The notes under the pieces are model-generated. The model saw nothing but the letters and a program-made list of their open reading frames with translations. It had not been told where the DNA came from and did no database searches. From contig CALIBQ010000012.1 in NCBI GenBank assembly GCA_938049385.1, positions 74,131-138,130 on the forward strand: DNA of 64,000 bases, written 5' to 3'. How positions within the stretch are numbered: position 1 is the first letter of the stretch; each line of letters starts with the position of its first letter. The translations under genes and the position numbers were made by a program. Origin of the DNA: an uncultured Anaerolineae bacterium (GTDB taxonomy: Bacteria > Chloroflexota > Anaerolineae > JACIWP01). Below are positions 11,572-19,758 of this stretch, piece by piece.

Positions 11572-11595
11572 TCCAGCACTCCTCCCGAAGCTCGC

Positions 11596-12708
11596 TTATT
11601 TCCCCAAATCCGTCAGCTCATCCTCGCGAAAAGCGGCCAGCGGCAGTTCCTCTTCCAGACTGCGGCCGGCCTCATAGTTGAACAGCGCCTGCACCGACTG
11701 CGCCACCGAGCGGAACAAGGTCGCCACCGGCAGGCGGTTTGGACAGGCGCTCTCGCACAGCCCGCACCCCACACACGAAGTCGCCATGTGATTCAATCGG
11801 GTGATGTGGAACAGCAGTGTATCGGTGGGCATGCGGATGACGCCCCGGCGCTCCGCCCAGCGGAAGTACTGCTCCGGCTCATGGTCGAAGGTCGGGGTGC
11901 GGAAGATGCACTCCTTGCAGTAGCAGATGGGGCAGGCCACCATGCAGTTGTGACAGCGGATACAGGTGGCGAAGCGTTCGGCCAGCCGGCGTAAGTCCGG
12001 CACTTCCGTCCGCCAGGCGGCAAACGCAGTATCCCGCTCCGCAGTGCGCCGCGCCCGCACCTGTTCCAGGACCTCCTGCCGGCGCGCCGGCACATCCGCC
12101 GGCGGCAGTTCCACCGGCAGGGGCTCCTTGCTCTCCACCAGCACCTGCCGCGGGAAATCCAGCCCGATCAGGCCGATGCGGATGTCGGCGTTGGCCGCCG
12201 TCGGATATTCGCACATGCGGCAGGCACTGCGCAGGGCACAGCCGTCCGCCGGCAGTGCCTCCCCCTGGGCCGCGCCCCGCCACAGCTCCGCCGGCTGTTT
12301 GCCGGCACGCACCAGGGCGGCATAGTCCACCACCTCATAGGTGCCCAGGCAGTCCACCGCGATGGTGCGCACATGCTCCAGCGTGGCCTGATGCAGTTTG
12401 GTCAGCTCGATGAGGGCGCGCAGTTCGCAGGGGCGGAGCCAGACGCCCACTCGCCGGCCGGTGTCCATGACGGTCAGCCGGCCGGCCATGGTAGCCATAT
12501 TGTGGGACATCACCGGCGCCAGCGGCTCGCAGGCTTCCAGCGCCTCAGGCGATTCCACCAGCGCCGGCATAACTGCCTCGTCGCCGGCCAGCCGGCAGGG
12601 CACCAGCAGGGCATCCACATATCCCGAGGTCAGCAGTTCCGCCAGGAATTTCCGCAGGGCGCCGGCCGCGTCTTCCCCTTCTACGGGCAACCAGGCTTGT
12701 ATCGTCAT
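11596..12708 (-). CDS. Fe-S/flavin oxidoreductase, FrhB-like (coenzyme F420 hydrogenase/dehydrogenase beta-subunit family) with C-terminal 2x[4Fe-4S] ferredoxin domain
   Basis: C-terminal CIRCHNCMVACP and CVGCGLCESACP; N-terminal ~220 aa resemble the FrhB/FdhB/AsrA-type flavin-binding module (tentative). Confidence 0.6.
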   Translation of the reverse strand: MTIQAWLPVEGEDAAGALRKFLAELLTSGYVDALLVPCRLAGDEAVMPALVESPEALEACEPLAPVMSHNMATMAGRLTVMDTGRRVGVWLRPCELRALIELTKLHQATLEHVRTIAVDCLGTYEVVDYAALVRAGKQPAELWRGAAQGEALPADGCALRSACRMCEYPTAANADIRIGLIGLDFPRQVLVESKEPLPVELPPADVPARRQEVLEQVRARRTAERDTAFAAWRTEVPDLRRLAERFATCIRCHNCMVACPICYCKECIFRTPTFDHEPEQYFRWAERRGVIRMPTDTLLFHITRLNHMATSCVGCGLCESACPNRLPVATLFRSVAQSVQALFNYEAGRSLEEELPLAAFREDELTDLGK

Positions 12709-12739
12709 TGCTTTTCACAACCTCGATGTTCCTGTCCGT

Positions 12740-13162
12740 TCAGCTCATGGGCAGTTCGCGCATGGGGTTAGGACCCAGCCGGCGGAGGTGCTCCACCATC
12801 TCAGTAACTGTGTCGGCAAAGCGCTGGCCCTCGCTGGCGCTGATCCATCTCAGCCAGACCCGCTGGGGGTCAAAGCCCAGCCCGGCCAAAATGGTGTGCA
12901 AGATGGCGATGCGCCGGCGGGCCTTGTAGTTGCCGCTCTGATAGTGGCAGTCGCCGGGATGACACCCACCGATAAGCACCCCATCTGCGCCCTCCAGCAG
13001 GGCTTTGGAGACATAGACCGGGTCCAGGGCGCCGGTGCACATCAGCCGGATGACGCGCACGTTGGGCGGATACTGCAGGCGCGAGGTGCCGGCCAGGTCC
13101 GCCGCTGTGTAGGTGCACCAATTGCACAAGAATGCCACGATGCGCGGCTCAAAATCCGCCAT
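12740..13162 (-). CDS. mvhD: MvhD-like (methyl-viologen-reducing hydrogenase delta subunit family) Fe-S protein
   Basis: RIVAFLCNWCTY…RLMCTG…GGCHPGDCHYQSGN is the MvhD/FlpD signature; start chosen at MADFEPR (GGAGGGG RBS); the listed ORF extends to 13357. Confidence 0.75.
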   Translation of the reverse strand: MADFEPRIVAFLCNWCTYTAADLAGTSRLQYPPNVRVIRLMCTGALDPVYVSKALLEGADGVLIGGCHPGDCHYQSGNYKARRRIAILHTILAGLGFDPQRVWLRWISASEGQRFADTVTEMVEHLRRLGPNPMRELPMS

Positions 13163-13176
13163 ATCCCCTCCCCGGG

Positions 13177-13824
13177 TCAGGTTTCGCGAATATCCAGTAT
13201 CTTCAGCACCGCTGGCTGTAGGGCTTTCTCCAGCTCTTCGATGCCCACGTCTGCTACTTTCATCAGGATTTGTCGGGTCGCCGGGTCCTCGCCCATGAAC
13301 GTCCCCAGGCTGACGATGTTGCCGCCGACGCCGGCGATGATCTCGGCCAGCCGGCACAGTTCACCCTTCTGGTCCAGGATGAGCACCGCGGCGCGCACCC
13401 CATGCTCCCAACCGCCCAGCAGTTCCAGGAAGGTGCGGAACAGGTCGGTTTCGGTGATGATGCCGATAAGCTTGCCGATGTCGTCCACCACCGGCAGGCC
13501 GCCGATCTTATGCTGTACCATCAATCGCGCGGCCTCTTCAATGGTGTTGGACTCCCGCACGGTGATGACATCGCTGGTCATCACATCCTTCACGGTGATG
13601 CGCGTCAGCAGGTACTGCATCTCGTAAAGGCTCAGGGTGGTCGCCGGCGAGGGCGCGGCGTACAGCAAATCCTTTTCCGATACAATGCCGACAAGCCGGC
13701 CGTTCTCATCCACAATCGGCAGACGGCGCACTCGTTTCTCGCGCATCAACCGCAGTGCCTCCGGCAGAGGCAGGTCGGGCGAGACGGCCACAGGCTGGCG
13801 CGACATGCGTTCCGCGACTAGCAT
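13177..13824 (-). CDS. CBS-domain pair protein with C-terminal ACT-like domain
   Basis: Two CBS motifs (…RRLPIVDENGRLVGIVSEKDLL; …GGLPVVDDIGKLIGIITETDLF); tandem paralog of the next gene. Confidence 0.8.
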   Translation of the reverse strand: MLVAERMSRQPVAVSPDLPLPEALRLMREKRVRRLPIVDENGRLVGIVSEKDLLYAAPSPATTLSLYEMQYLLTRITVKDVMTSDVITVRESNTIEEAARLMVQHKIGGLPVVDDIGKLIGIITETDLFRTFLELLGGWEHGVRAAVLILDQKGELCRLAEIIAGVGGNIVSLGTFMGEDPATRQILMKVADVGIEELEKALQPAVLKILDIRET

Positions 13825-13829
13825 CTGTC

Positions 13830-14549
13830 TCACTCCTTTCCAGCCGGCTCGGCTTCGCCAGGGGCTTCGGCGCGGCCGACCGCTTCCGCCGGCGCGCACT
13901 CCCGGATGTCCAGCAGGACGAATCCCCGTTCCTGTACGGCCCGTTCGGCGATCGCCCGCACCTGCTCCAGCGGCACCTCGGCGATGCGCAGGGTGAGCTG
14001 GCGCGTGCCGGGCCGTGGGCCGTGAAACTCGCCGGCGCTGAGGATATTCCCGCCGGCGGCCGCAATGTGCCGGCAGAGATAGGCGATCAGGCCCTTTTCG
14101 TCGGGGATGAGCATGGAAAGCCGCACCGCCGGCACTGGGGTGTCCAGCACTTCCAGGAACACCCGGAAGATATCGGTCTCGGTGATAATGCCCACCAGCT
14201 CCCCCTGGCTGAGCACCGGCAGAGCGTCCAGCTTGTGCTCCACCATCAGCCGGGCCGCTTCTTCCAGCGGGGCGTCGGCGTCCACGGTGATGGGGTTTTC
14301 GGTCATGATGCTGGCGATTTTCACCTGGGCCAGTTGATACAGCATCTCATGCAGGGTGATGGCCGCGGTAGGGGAAGGCGACACCAGGAGCAGGTCGTGC
14401 TCGGCCACAAAGCCCACCAGCCTGCCGGCATAATCCTGGACCGGCAGGTGATGCACCCCTTTCTCATGCATGATGTAGAAGGCGTCCTCCACCGAGGCCG
14501 TCGGCAGGATGGTCACCGGGTTGGGTGTCATATAGTGACGGACTAACAT
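13830..14549 (-). CDS. CBS-domain pair protein with C-terminal ACT-like domain (tandem paralog)
   Basis: HHLPVQDYAGRLVGFVAEHDLL and DALPVLSQGELVGIITETDIF CBS motifs; overlaps the end of the giant HdrA gene. Confidence 0.8.
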   Translation of the reverse strand: MLVRHYMTPNPVTILPTASVEDAFYIMHEKGVHHLPVQDYAGRLVGFVAEHDLLLVSPSPTAAITLHEMLYQLAQVKIASIMTENPITVDADAPLEEAARLMVEHKLDALPVLSQGELVGIITETDIFRVFLEVLDTPVPAVRLSMLIPDEKGLIAYLCRHIAAAGGNILSAGEFHGPRPGTRQLTLRIAEVPLEQVRAIAERAVQERGFVLLDIRECAPAEAVGRAEAPGEAEPAGKE

Positions 14550-17500
14550 GGTTTCTCCTCCTGGCCCGGCGCTTCCCACAGGCTGTCCAGCGCGGCGTCA
14601 ATGACCTGAAGCAGAGCCGGCGTCTCGAACAGCCGCTGTTGGGACGCGCCGTTGGGGCATACCATGGCGCAGGTGCCACAGCCGGCACAGAAGGCCGCCC
14701 GCACCTCCGCCACGTGCCGTTCGACGTTCATGACCCTGGCCTCAAAGGGGCAGGCACGCACGCACAGCTCACAGCCGGAGCAGAGCCGTTCGTTCACAAC
14801 GGCCACGCTCTCGACCGCCGTGCGCCGGCGCTCCCGCTGGGCCAAATATGAGGCCGCATGCGCGGCCGCCGCCTGACCCTGCAGTATTGCCTCTTCGGCG
14901 AAGCAGGGCCCCAGCACCGCGCCGCAGGCGAACAATCCGGGCTTGCCCAGGCTCGATGGGCGCATTTTCGGGTGTTCGGGGATCAGGTAGCCGTCGGCAT
15001 GGACCTGAGCGCCCAGCCCAGCGAGCCAGGACGGCAAGGCCGCCGGCACTGCGCCGACGCTCAGCACGATGGTATCCGCCGGCAGGCGCACTGGCCGGCG
15101 CAGTAGGGCGTCGTGGACCTCGACCTCCAATCCATCAGCGCCGTGCCGGACCAAGGGCGGGTGCTCCGCCTCATAGCGGACAAAGCGCACGCCGGCCCGC
15201 CGTGCCGTCAAATATTCCAGCTCATGCCGGCCGAAGGCGCGCATGTCGCGGTACAGGATGGCCACCTGGCTGGCCGGCTGGACCTCTTTCAGCCGCAGGG
15301 CATTGCGCAGGGCCTGGGCACAGCATGTCCGACTGCAGTACGGCCGCTCCGCGGTGCGCGAATCCACGCACTGCACCATGACCACATGACCGAAGTTTTC
15401 GCCGGCCTCCAGCCGGCGCGCCAGCTCGTCCTGCGTCATCACCCGCGGATCTTGGCCACAGCCAAAGGCGGACGTAGGCGCCGGCCGACTGCCAAGGGCG
15501 GCTATCAGCGCGCCGGCGCGCACCTGCTCCCTTCCAGCGCACGTCTCCAGCTCCAGCAGGTACGTTTCATCGGGCTGGCGGGAGGCGCTGATGACAGTGG
15601 TGCGGGTCAGCACCCGCACGCCGGCCGTCTGCTCCAGCCTGGCGGTGCGCTCCGCCAGCCAGGCCGCCGGGTCCTCGCCGTCGAGCCTGCCAGCAAGCTC
15701 CCGCAGATGCCCGCCCAACTGCGGCGCCTGTTCGACCAGCAGGACGCGCAGACCCAGCTCCGCCACCGCCAGTGCCGCCGAGATGCCGGCCGGCCCGCCC
15801 CCCACCACGACGCAGTCCACGAAGTCCGCCGCTTCGGGCATGGGGACGGCCGGCAGGATGGAACGCGGTGAAATGGGCCGGCGCAGAAGGCCAGCCGCCG
15901 CCATGCGCACGCTGTCCCAAAGGCCGTTAGCGGAATGGGCTGTCAGGTCACAGCCGGCCGGCCAACCTGCCTCGAGGTCCACCAGCTCGACGGCAGAGTC
16001 CGGCAGGCCCAGGGCACGCAGGACCTGCCCAAGGTTTGCCTCCACAGCCGGCGAGAAGCGCAAAGGTGCATCCACGATGACCAGCCGGTTGAGGCCAGCT
16101 TCGCCGGCATGCCGAAGCAAGGCATCGCGGCCGGCCGGCGAGGCCAGCGGAGGAATGCGTTCCACCAGGGCAATACCTCTCAGCCGGCGCAAGCGCCGTT
16201 CCAAGTCCTCCAGGGGTGCGGCATACTGCCGGCCGGCGCCCCCCAGGAAAATGCCCAATCGCGGCGGCTCATCCTCCAGCCCCGGCCGCACCGGTGGAGC
16301 TTCTTCCGCGACCCCAGGGGCGGCCGGCACACACATCGCGGCCAAGGCCGCCGCGGCGCCGGCCTCCACCACGCTGTGGACAATGTCCTTCGGTTCGCGG
16401 AACGCGCCGGCGGCGAACACGCCCGGGCGCGAGCTTTCCGCCGGCCGAAGCGCGATCGTGCGTGCGAATCCCTGGGCATCCAGCTCTATGCCCAGCGCCT
16501 GGGCCAGTTCGGCGGCTTCCGCCGGCGGCCCGAATCCCACCGCCAGCACTGCCAGGTCGAAGGCTTCCTCGTGCCGCTGGCCGGCCTCGTCCCAATATTC
16601 GATGATGACATCCTTACTGCGCTGGGACTGTTTGATGGTGGAGACCTGACAGCGCACGTAGCGGATGCCGGGCGCGTGGATCCGGCCGGCCATGTAATAC
16701 TCATCCTCCCGGCCCTGGGCGCGCAGGTCTATGTAAAACACCATGCATTCCGCATCTGGCTCCAGTTCCCGGGCGGCCGCGGCCTGTTTGACGGTGATGG
16801 TACAGCAGATGGAGGAGCAGTACGGCCGGCCCAGGGCGGGGTCGCGCGAGCCGACACAGCTAATGAACGCCAGCCGGCGTGCCGGCCGCCCATCCGCTGG
16901 GCGCACCAGCCGGCCGCGCGTACTGCCCGAGAAGCTGATCATGCGCTCGAACTGGATGCTGGTCACCACATTGTCCAGCACCCCGAAGCCGTATTCCCCT
17001 TTACGCTCGGCGGGGAAAGGCTCGAAGCCCGGGGAGGCGATCACTGCGCCGGCGCGCAAAGTTAGGGTCTCGGCCGACATCTCCAGGTCAATGGCGCCCT
17101 CCGGACAAGCTTCCACACAGACGCCGCAGTGCGTGCAGAGCGCCGGATCAATGACGAAGGCGCGCGGCACTGCCCGCCAGGGCGGCCGATAAATGGCCTG
17201 GCGCGGGGCCAGAGTGCCCTCATCGAACGAGGGGCCAGAAACGGGGCAAACGGCCAGGCATTCCCCGCAGGCGGTGCACAGGGCTGGGTCCACATAGCGG
17301 GGAAGCCGGCGCAGGGCCAATCGGAAATCGCCAGTCTCGCCCTCCAGCGCGGTCACTTGGGTCAGCGGATAGATGGATAGCAGGGGACTGCGGGCGCTCT
17401 CCAGGGTGGGGCAGTACGTCGGCGAGAGGCCAGCCTCCATAAAGCACAGACCGCATGAATCGGTGGGGAAGGTGCGGTCCAGCAGATGGAATGAACCGCC

Positions 17501-17644
17501 GATCCAGGGAGCAGTATCGAGCAAAGCGACGCGCCGGCCCAGGCTGGTCAGCAGGAAGGCGGCCTGCATGCCGGCGATGCCGGCGCCGACGATGGCTACG
17601 TCCACGCGTTCTACCTCTTGCTCATCCCGAGCAGGCAAAGGCAT
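14543..17644 (-). CDS. hdrA: Giant tandem-HdrA fusion (two heterodisulfide reductase subunit A-like FAD/Fe-S modules in one polypeptide)
   Basis: Module 1: VAIVGAGIAGMQAA, CGLCF…YCP, CTACGECLAVCP, CTHCGVCVEACP, FISCVGSRD…YCSSICC. Pro/Ala-rich linker. Module 2: CVVVGGGPAGISAA, VQCVDSRTAERPYCSRTCC, CSGCELCVRACP, CAGCGTCAMVCP. ATG 17644 chosen (GGGGGA RBS); GTG at 17680 is also possible. Confidence 0.8.
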   Translation of the reverse strand: MPLPARDEQEVERVDVAIVGAGIAGMQAAFLLTSLGRRVALLDTAPWIGGSFHLLDRTFPTDSCGLCFMEAGLSPTYCPTLESARSPLLSIYPLTQVTALEGETGDFRLALRRLPRYVDPALCTACGECLAVCPVSGPSFDEGTLAPRQAIYRPPWRAVPRAFVIDPALCTHCGVCVEACPEGAIDLEMSAETLTLRAGAVIASPGFEPFPAERKGEYGFGVLDNVVTSIQFERMISFSGSTRGRLVRPADGRPARRLAFISCVGSRDPALGRPYCSSICCTITVKQAAAARELEPDAECMVFYIDLRAQGREDEYYMAGRIHAPGIRYVRCQVSTIKQSQRSKDVIIEYWDEAGQRHEEAFDLAVLAVGFGPPAEAAELAQALGIELDAQGFARTIALRPAESSRPGVFAAGAFREPKDIVHSVVEAGAAAALAAMCVPAAPGVAEEAPPVRPGLEDEPPRLGIFLGGAGRQYAAPLEDLERRLRRLRGIALVERIPPLASPAGRDALLRHAGEAGLNRLVIVDAPLRFSPAVEANLGQVLRALGLPDSAVELVDLEAGWPAGCDLTAHSANGLWDSVRMAAAGLLRRPISPRSILPAVPMPEAADFVDCVVVGGGPAGISAALAVAELGLRVLLVEQAPQLGGHLRELAGRLDGEDPAAWLAERTARLEQTAGVRVLTRTTVISASRQPDETYLLELETCAGREQVRAGALIAALGSRPAPTSAFGCGQDPRVMTQDELARRLEAGENFGHVVMVQCVDSRTAERPYCSRTCCAQALRNALRLKEVQPASQVAILYRDMRAFGRHELEYLTARRAGVRFVRYEAEHPPLVRHGADGLEVEVHDALLRRPVRLPADTIVLSVGAVPAALPSWLAGLGAQVHADGYLIPEHPKMRPSSLGKPGLFACGAVLGPCFAEEAILQGQAAAAHAASYLAQRERRRTAVESVAVVNERLCSGCELCVRACPFEARVMNVERHVAEVRAAFCAGCGTCAMVCPNGASQQRLFETPALLQVIDAALDSLWEAPGQEEKPC

Positions 17645-17669
17645 TTCGATGATTCCCCCGACTGTCGGC

Positions 17670-18233
17670 TCAGAACTCACCGCGGTGGTCGGTGAGGTAC
17701 ATCACCAGCACCGCCATATCATACGTCTCCCCGTCATGCGTGATGAAATAATCGCGGTGCTGGTACTCCAGCTTGAAGCCCATTTCCTCGAAGGCGCGGA
17801 TGACCTTGGGCTGGGTGACCGCCACCTCCGCGATGACCTGCTGAAGCCCCATCATACGGGCGATATCGATTTGGGAGCGGATCATGGCGGTGCCGATGCC
17901 GCGCCGGCGGAACTCTTTGTCGAGATAAATATGGATCCAGGCAATGTGCCGTGTGTAATTTTCCCCCACGAATAATGTGGACAGCCCCACAATGCGCTCA
18001 TTCACCAGCGCGATGAGGGGAAAGGTGCGGGAATAATTGATGTTTTTGCACCACTGCGTGATGGAATCGGGCGTGGAAATATCAAAGCGGAAATATTCCT
18101 TGTCCTCCGGGCTGACGCGCGATAGCAAATCCACCAGCTTCTCGGCATCGTTGGCCATCAGCGGGCGGAAGAGCACCCGCGGCCCATCCTTCAGGATTTC
18201 GATGTGGCGGTAGTTCAACAATCGGTCTAACAT
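17670..18233 (-). CDS. GNAT-family N-acetyltransferase embedded in the hdr operon
   Basis: RRRGIGTAMIR acetyl-CoA binding motif; GGGGAGG RBS before ATG 18233. Confidence 0.8.
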   Translation of the reverse strand: MLDRLLNYRHIEILKDGPRVLFRPLMANDAEKLVDLLSRVSPEDKEYFRFDISTPDSITQWCKNINYSRTFPLIALVNERIVGLSTLFVGENYTRHIAWIHIYLDKEFRRRGIGTAMIRSQIDIARMMGLQQVIAEVAVTQPKVIRAFEEMGFKLEYQHRDYFITHDGETYDMAVLVMYLTDHRGEF

Positions 18234-18331
18234 GTCTGCCTCCCCTGGCCTCTTCATGCTCTGCCGTGGTATGACGCCTTCGCCGCGTTGTGCAAATTAT
18301 ACTGCGAGACAGGCAGGGCGCAACTCCCCCG

Positions 18332-19195
18332 TTATGATAACAACCCCAGCCGGCGCAGAAGGGGGCGCGGGTCCACGATGTGCCGGCCAAATAGGCCAGT
18401 CACTTCATCCAATCCCAGCGCCAGGCCCAGCAGTTCCGTAACGTAAAAGACTGGCATTGGCTGGGGACGTCGGCCCTGCCGGCCGTCCAGGTTCGCCTGG
18501 CAGAGGGGGCAGGCGGTCACGATGCAGTTGGCGCCGGCGTCCTCCGCCGCGCTGACCAGCCGGCCCACCAACCGCGCCACAATGTCCCCCCGGTTCAGGG
18601 TCATGCTGGCCCCGCAACAGTCCGTGGCATAGGTCCAGCGGCTTGGTTCCGCCCCCAGCAGTTCCAGCAGGCGGTCCAGCTTGACCGGGTGCTCGGTGTC
18701 GTCCCACGCGCCGGCGATCTGCGGCGGACGCAGGAGCAGACAGCCGTAGTAGCTCACCGGGCGCAGGCCAGTCAGCGGTTTGCGCAGATGGGCGCGTAGT
18801 TCCTCCGGCGGGAAATCGGAGGTCAGGATATCGAGCAGGGCGCGCGGCCTGGCCTGGCCGGCGTACTCCCTGCCGATGACCTGTTCCATCTGCTGGCGGA
18901 AGGCCTCATCCTCCCGCAGGCGGCGGTCGGCGCTGGAGAGTCGGCCGTAGCAGGCGGCGCAGGGGATGGCAATATCGCGGCCCAGCGGCTGTGCCAGCAG
19001 GATGTTGCGTGCCGGCAGGGCATCCGCCAGCTCCCCGCCCAGGCTGTGCGCGGACGAAGCCCCACAGCAATTCCAATCCTCGATCTCGACCAGTTCCACC
19101 CCCAGCGCCCGGCACACGGCCCGCGTGGAGACGCCGTACTCCAGACCGGTGGAGTGCAGGGTACAGCCAGGGTAGAAGGCATAGGAGCGGCTCAT
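18332..19195 (-). CDS. hdrB: Heterodisulfide reductase subunit B-like (two CCG domains), copy 2
   Basis: CCG-domain cysteine patterns (FYPGCTL, WNCCGAS, AACYGRL, YYGCLL, DCCGAS, ACPLCQ). Confidence 0.85.
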   Translation of the reverse strand: MSRSYAFYPGCTLHSTGLEYGVSTRAVCRALGVELVEIEDWNCCGASSAHSLGGELADALPARNILLAQPLGRDIAIPCAACYGRLSSADRRLREDEAFRQQMEQVIGREYAGQARPRALLDILTSDFPPEELRAHLRKPLTGLRPVSYYGCLLLRPPQIAGAWDDTEHPVKLDRLLELLGAEPSRWTYATDCCGASMTLNRGDIVARLVGRLVSAAEDAGANCIVTACPLCQANLDGRQGRRPQPMPVFYVTELLGLALGLDEVTGLFGRHIVDPRPLLRRLGLLS

Positions 19196-19758
19196 TCTCG
19201 CCCCTCCGGTGTTTCAGCGGCATGGGCGCCGGCGGCCTCGAACAGGCGTGCGATCTCCTGCCGGCGGCGGATAACTTGAGGGAGCGGCGGCAGTTTGCGC
19301 GCCAGCAGGAGCCGGGCACCCAGGTCCAAGTTGGACAGCAGGTCGAGGGAGCGCAGTTTGTACTCCACGATCATGGTGATCTCGTGCACCCGGCCGAAGC
19401 GCCGCAGGTTGTTCAGGAAGGCGCGGTGGAATTGGTATATCGCCGGCGCGCCCACCCGTACCCCTTCCTCCGCCGCCATCTGGCGCAGGGCGTCGTTGAT
19501 GCGCCCCACACAAATCCCGTTGGGACAGCGGGTGCCGCAGGTCTCGCACCCGACGCACATCCAGATGGCCTGGCTGGAAAGGAGCGCACGGCGTTCGCCC
19601 ATCTGCACCATATGCACGATTTGCGCCGGGTCATAGTCCATGACGAAGGCGGTGGGACAGCCGGCAGTGCACTTGCGGCACTGGTAGCATGTCGCGATGG
19701 GCTGACCGCTCCGCTCCGCCACGATGTCCATGAAGCGCCAATCTATCGGACTGCTCAT
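19192..19758 (-). CDS. hdrC: Heterodisulfide reductase subunit C-like (2x[4Fe-4S]), copy 2
   Basis: CYQCRKCTAGCP and CVGCETCGTRCP; ATGA start/stop overlap with the upstream hdrA. Confidence 0.8.
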   Translation of the reverse strand: MSSPIDWRFMDIVAERSGQPIATCYQCRKCTAGCPTAFVMDYDPAQIVHMVQMGERRALLSSQAIWMCVGCETCGTRCPNGICVGRINDALRQMAAEEGVRVGAPAIYQFHRAFLNNLRRFGRVHEITMIVEYKLRSLDLLSNLDLGARLLLARKLPPLPQVIRRRQEIARLFEAAGAHAAETPEGRE

